Below, piece after piece: positions 36,901 to 40,039 of a stretch of 40,039 bases of DNA (positions are counted from its first letter, which is position 1; every line of letters starts with the position of its first letter). The stretch spans positions 1 through 40,039 of the forward strand of contig JAOPZY010000086.1 in assembly GCA_025963875.1 (NCBI GenBank). The letters are read 5' to 3'. This DNA comes from Actinomycetota bacterium (GTDB taxonomy: Bacteria > Actinomycetota > CADDZG01 > JAHWKV01 > JAOPZY01). The notes under the pieces were generated by a model that made no database searches, was not told where the DNA came from, and worked only from the letters and a program-made list of their open reading frames with translations. A program made the translations under genes and the position numbers.

Positions 36901-37386
36901 CGTCGCCGCGATGTCGTCGCCGGGCGTACCGTTGACGCTGCCAACCCTCTGGCCCGTGTTCGACTCACCCCACTGCTGCCCGAAGTAGGTGTCGTTGGGG
37001 CTCACCGCCGAGGCGTGGACCACATAGTTGGGCTCGGCGTACTTCACGCCCCGCTCGGCGTCGTACGAGGCAGACGCGGCCGAGGCTGCCATCCCGGCGG
37101 GCAGGGCAACCAGCTCGACGCCGATCTGTGGGAAGCGCTGCAGCACCCGAGCCCCGTGGCGGCGGTGCATCGCGGTGCGAGCCGCGTCGCTCACTCCGGG
37201 GCGGTAGCCGACGAGGAGCTGGCCCGGGACCGATTCCCCGCCGGCTTGTGCCGCGGGGCGGGGAGGCCGTGGCGCGGCGCGCCCCGCGCCTGACAAGCCT
37301 GCCGCGACAAGTCCGGCGGCGAGGGCCAGGGGAAGGAGGATCCGGCGTATCCGCGTGAGCGGAAGTCCGAGGAACAATCTGTGCAC
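33994..37386 (-). CDS. Secreted S8 subtilisin-like serine protease with Ig-like stalk and C-terminal surface repeats
   Basis: Signal peptide [19 protein letters not shown] and prodomain (YAEPNY). Catalytic triad VAVLDTG / HGTHVAG / GTSMAAP plus AAGN. GTG 37386 lies 8 nt below TAGGCT. Confidence 0.93.
   Translation of the reverse strand: [1130 protein letters not shown]
33997..34614 (-). repeat. About five tandem 126-bp (42-aa) [24 protein letters not shown] repeats
   Basis: CCAGTA recurs at 34102, 34228, 34354, 34480 and 34606 (period 126). Confidence 0.95.
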
Positions 37387-37450
37387 GTCGGACGAGCCTA
37401 CGACAAAATCCCGGCACGGTTCCTGGTGCCCCGGCTGCGATGATGGGGCC

Positions 37451-37930
37451 ATGCCTGCCCATCGGGCGACCATCGACGACATCCCGGAGGTCCTGCGCCT
37501 CGCCGCATTGATGTACGCGACCATCGGCCAGCGTGCGGACGAGGACTGGTTCCGCGAGGCCGGGCGCCTGCTGGAGACCCGGATGGGCGAGGGCCGGACC
37601 GGCGTCTTCGTCGCCGACGCCGAGGAGCCGGGCCGGCTGGCGTCGTGCGTGGCGGCGACGATCGTGGAGCGGCTGCCGGGGCCGAGGAACCCTGCGGCGA
37701 CCAAGGCTGCCTACGTCCAGTGGATGTGCACCGATCCCGCCTACCGCCGGCGGGGACTGGGGCGGGCGGTGCTCGCCGCCCTGCTCGACTGGCTGTGGGC
37801 CCATGGCGTCTCCTGCGTCGAGCTGCACGCAACGTCAGAGGGGGACCCCCTGTACCGGTCGTTCGGATTCGAGGACCCGGCTCAGCCGCAGCTGCGGCTG
37901 TTCGGCCCGCCGGCCCAGCAGCGGCCGTGA
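37451..37930 (+). CDS. GNAT family N-acetyltransferase
   Basis: HRATIDD, YVQWMCTDPAYRRRGLGRAVL, VELHAT, PLYRSFGF. Confidence 0.88.
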   Translation: MPAHRATIDDIPEVLRLAALMYATIGQRADEDWFREAGRLLETRMGEGRTGVFVADAEEPGRLASCVAATIVERLPGPRNPAATKAAYVQWMCTDPAYRRRGLGRAVLAALLDWLWAHGVSCVELHATSEGDPLYRSFGFEDPAQPQLRLFGPPAQQRP

Positions 37931-37999
37931 GACGGACGTCCCACGGCCGCTGAACCTTGTGCCAAAACGACCGGTTTTCGGACCTTTTGGCACAAAGTT
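37921..37999. terminator. Two tandem hairpins between convergent genes (probable bidirectional terminator; the second is REP-like)
   Basis: GCGGCCGTG/CACGGCCGC (37921-37950) and TTGTGCCAAAA/TTTTGGCACAA (37957-37995). Confidence 0.65.
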
Positions 38000-38001
38000 G
38001 C

Positions 38002-38721
38002 TCAGAGGGCAGCACACTGACCGCCGGCGCCGCCGGTGAAGGTGTTCTTGTGATCGCCGTTGACGGGCGCCGGGTTGTTCGTGGCGCAGGTCGTCAAGCC
38101 GGTGACCGTGTTGCCCTCGACCTCGGTCGCGTTGTCCTCGGTCAAGGTCCCGTGGTTGGGTGCGACGTTCCCGCTGACCGTCAGGGCGCCGACGATCGAG
38201 TTCCCGCCGACCTCCACTCCCCCCAGATTGCCGTTCAGGGTCACGGCGCCGTCGATGTGGTTTGCCCCGCAGGGTGTGGCCAGCAGGCCCGTGCCGAGCA
38301 GGCCACCGTCGCCGCCAGCGCCGATGAGGATGAACCCGGGACTGGTCGAGGCCTTGATGGCCCCCTGCTTCGTGGAGCTGTCGCACATGGTGAAGGCGTT
38401 GGCCCCAACCAGGGTGATCGCCCCGTTGATGACCGAGCCGCCTGTGACCGAGAGCGATGCTCCCGGGGCGACGTTCACCGCACCGATCTGGTTGAGGTTC
38501 ACGAGGCACGTCGTGCCCGAGGCCACATTGATGACTGCGTTGTTTTGTCCGGTCATGGTCGTGTCACACTGCGTCGAAGCCGGCTGGTCGTCCCCGAGGC
38601 CGAGGAGACCTCCGCTTGCGAAAGCGGATGGCAGGCTCATTGCCACAACGCCGGCGAGAACGAGCGTGCCGGTCACGATGGCGACGAAGCCCTTGGAGAT
38701 TTCGAACTGAACGTTTCTCAT
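38002..38721 (-). CDS. Secreted Gly/Asn/Thr-rich beta-solenoid-like protein, paralog 1
   Basis: GGGGGAA SD-like sequence before ATG 38721. Signal peptide ends PSAFA. Six Cys; C-terminus KNTFTGGAGGQCAAL. Confidence 0.8.
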   Translation of the reverse strand: MRNVQFEISKGFVAIVTGTLVLAGVVAMSLPSAFASGGLLGLGDDQPASTQCDTTMTGQNNAVINVASGTTCLVNLNQIGAVNVAPGASLSVTGGSVINGAITLVGANAFTMCDSSTKQGAIKASTSPGFILIGAGGDGGLLGTGLLATPCGANHIDGAVTLNGNLGGVEVGGNSIVGALTVSGNVAPNHGTLTEDNATEVEGNTVTGLTTCATNNPAPVNGDHKNTFTGGAGGQCAAL

Positions 38722-38746
38722 ATCTTCCCCCGCGTGCGAGTTGGGT

Positions 38747-38783
38747 GGCTCGGGGCGGGCCCGTACGTGACCCGCCCCGAGCC
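38747..38783 (-). promoter_or_regulatory. Perfect 13-bp GC hairpin between the two paralogs
   Basis: GGCTCGGGGCGGG/CCCGCCCCGAGCC. Confidence 0.6.
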
Positions 38784-38830
38784 GATTCATCGAGTCTGTC
38801 GCTGTCTACCAGCCGTCTTTCATTCTGCTT

Positions 38831-39532
38831 TCAGAGGAATTGACACTGACCGCCGGCGCCGCCGGTGAAGGTGTTCTTACGACCGTCGTTGGTGGGGGCT
38901 GGAACGTTCCCAGCGCAGGTCGTCAAGCCTTTGACCGTGTTGCCCTCAATCTCGGTCGCATTGTCCTCAAGGGGGACCCCGAGGCTGGGTGCGATGTTGT
39001 TGCTGACCGTCAGGGCGGCGAGCAGCGAGTTTCCACCGATCTCAACGCCGCCCAGGTTGCCGCTCAGGGTCACGGCGCCGTCGATGGTGTTGGCATTGCA
39101 GGGTGCGACCAGCAGGCCGCCGTCGCCGCCGTTGCCGATGAGGATGAAGCCGTGAGCGGTCGTGGAGTTGATGGCGCCCCCCGTCGTTTTGCTGCCGCAG
39201 AAGGTGAAGGCGGTGGCAGCAACCAGGGTGATCGCCCCGTTGATGTTCGAGCCTCGCGTGACCGAGAGCCCCGCGCCGGTGACGTTGACGGCGCCGATCT
39301 GGTGGAGATTCATCAGGCACGTCGTGCCCGAGGTGACGTTAATGACGCCGTTGTGCGTTCCGGTGAAGGTTGTGGTGCAAGGGCCCGTGGCCGACCGGTC
39401 ACTGGTGAGGGTCCGGCTCTGACTGCTTCCGAACGCGGATGGCAGGCTCATTACCAACATGGTTCCGAGAGCCAGAGCGCCGGTCGCAGTGGCGAGAATT
39501 CCCTTGGAGGTGCCGAAATGAAGATGTTTCAT
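38831..39532 (-). CDS. Secreted Gly/Asn/Thr-rich beta-solenoid-like protein, paralog 2
   Basis: Signal peptide ends PSAFG. Colinear with 38002-38721 (VINV.SGTTCL.NL.QIGAVNV, INGAITLV, IDGAVTL.GNLGGVE, EDNATE.EGNTV). Confidence 0.82.
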   Translation of the reverse strand: MKHLHFGTSKGILATATGALALGTMLVMSLPSAFGSSQSRTLTSDRSATGPCTTTFTGTHNGVINVTSGTTCLMNLHQIGAVNVTGAGLSVTRGSNINGAITLVAATAFTFCGSKTTGGAINSTTAHGFILIGNGGDGGLLVAPCNANTIDGAVTLSGNLGGVEIGGNSLLAALTVSNNIAPSLGVPLEDNATEIEGNTVKGLTTCAGNVPAPTNDGRKNTFTGGAGGQCQFL

Positions 39533-39768
39533 GTGTTCCCCCTGTTTTGAGAGTTGGGTGGTGCGGACTTGGAGCGCGCCAGACCGTCGGCGACTGCTGT
39601 GGAGCCCCCCTTTCGCTTTCTGATCGCGCGCCCACGTTCCAGGGCTTCATCGGGTCTGGGATTGACCGGTCGGCGTCGGGGTCTGGGAGTCGCCGGTCTT
39701 ACGCCCTGCGTGGGAGTGGATCAGTTGCTTGATGTCGAAACAGTGCTCGTCGACTTGCTATACGAGAC

Positions 39769-39835
39769 CGTTCCGTTTCGGTATGAAGCTATCATACGGA
39801 TAGACGGAACGCAATAGTTCCGTGACGGAACGCAA
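39769..39835 (-). promoter_or_regulatory. Probable promoter with a cluster of GTTCCGT/ACGGAAC operator-like sites
   Basis: Minus-strand TTGCGT (39809-39814), N17, TAGCTT (39786-39791). GACGGAACGCAA occurs twice; palindromes GTTCCGT-G-ACGGAAC and GTATGA-N5-TCATAC are present. Confidence 0.6.
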
Positions 39836-39845
39836 GGCCTGAGGG

Positions 39846-40039
39846 CTAGCGGTGGGCCTCCAGGCAGGTGCAGCCCTCCGGGCCCACAAGGGCGCCGTGG
39901 GCGGTCCCTGCCGGCAGGTCGAGGCGGTCGCCCGCCTTCATCGTCACGTCGGCCCCCTCGACGTGGAAGGTGATGCTGCCGCTGGCGCAGTACAGCACCT
40001 TGTCGTAGCTGTGCGTGTGGACGCCGTAGCGATCCCCCG
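39846..40039 (-). CDS. C-terminal part of a cupin-domain protein (5' end outside window; not in the ORF track)
   Basis: Translated manually: GDRYGVHTHSYDKVLYCASGSITFHVEGADVTMKAGDRLDLPAGTAHGALVGPEGCTCLEAHR*. Contains the cupin HxH and GD...P.G..H motifs. Confidence 0.85.
   Translation of the reverse strand, partial: GDRYGVHTHSYDKVLYCASGSITFHVEGADVTMKAGDRLDLPAGTAHGALVGPEGCTCLEAHR

Noticed and set aside
39646..39658. Sigma-28/WhiG promoter from CCGATGAA
   Set aside because: There is no properly spaced TAAA-like -35 in either paralog leader.

Overview
A very GC-rich, densely coding bacterial window, most likely from an Actinomycetota genome. The taxon is inferred from leaderless TANNNT promoters, an actinobacterial-type HelD and Acidimicrobiia-style [12 protein letters not shown] surface repeats. 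About half of the window is a dispersed cell-surface glycan system: a Wzm/Wzt ABC exporter with a C-terminal carbohydrate-binding domain, five GT4 genes (one is a two-module WbdA-like polymerase), three GT-C-type membrane glycosyltransferases, six SAM methyltransferase-family genes, an OafA-type acyltransferase and small coiled-coil proteins. Interleaved are HelD, two GNATs, a stand-alone trpB-trpA-GntR unit (trpB is frameshifted), a GAF-PP2C phosphatase, a beta-propeller lipoprotein, an orphan hypF, yceI, a small Zn-finger basic protein, a large S8 protease with surface repeats, two paralogous secreted beta-solenoid-like proteins and a partial cupin. Less obvious signals are a family of AT-rich ~50-bp interrupted palindromes in the intergenic gaps, three glycan genes that appear to use CTG or ATC start codons, and a long structured leader plus an operator cluster upstream of the secreted paralogs. 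No rRNA, tRNA, CRISPR array or transposase was seen. All calls come from manual motif reading; no database searches were run.
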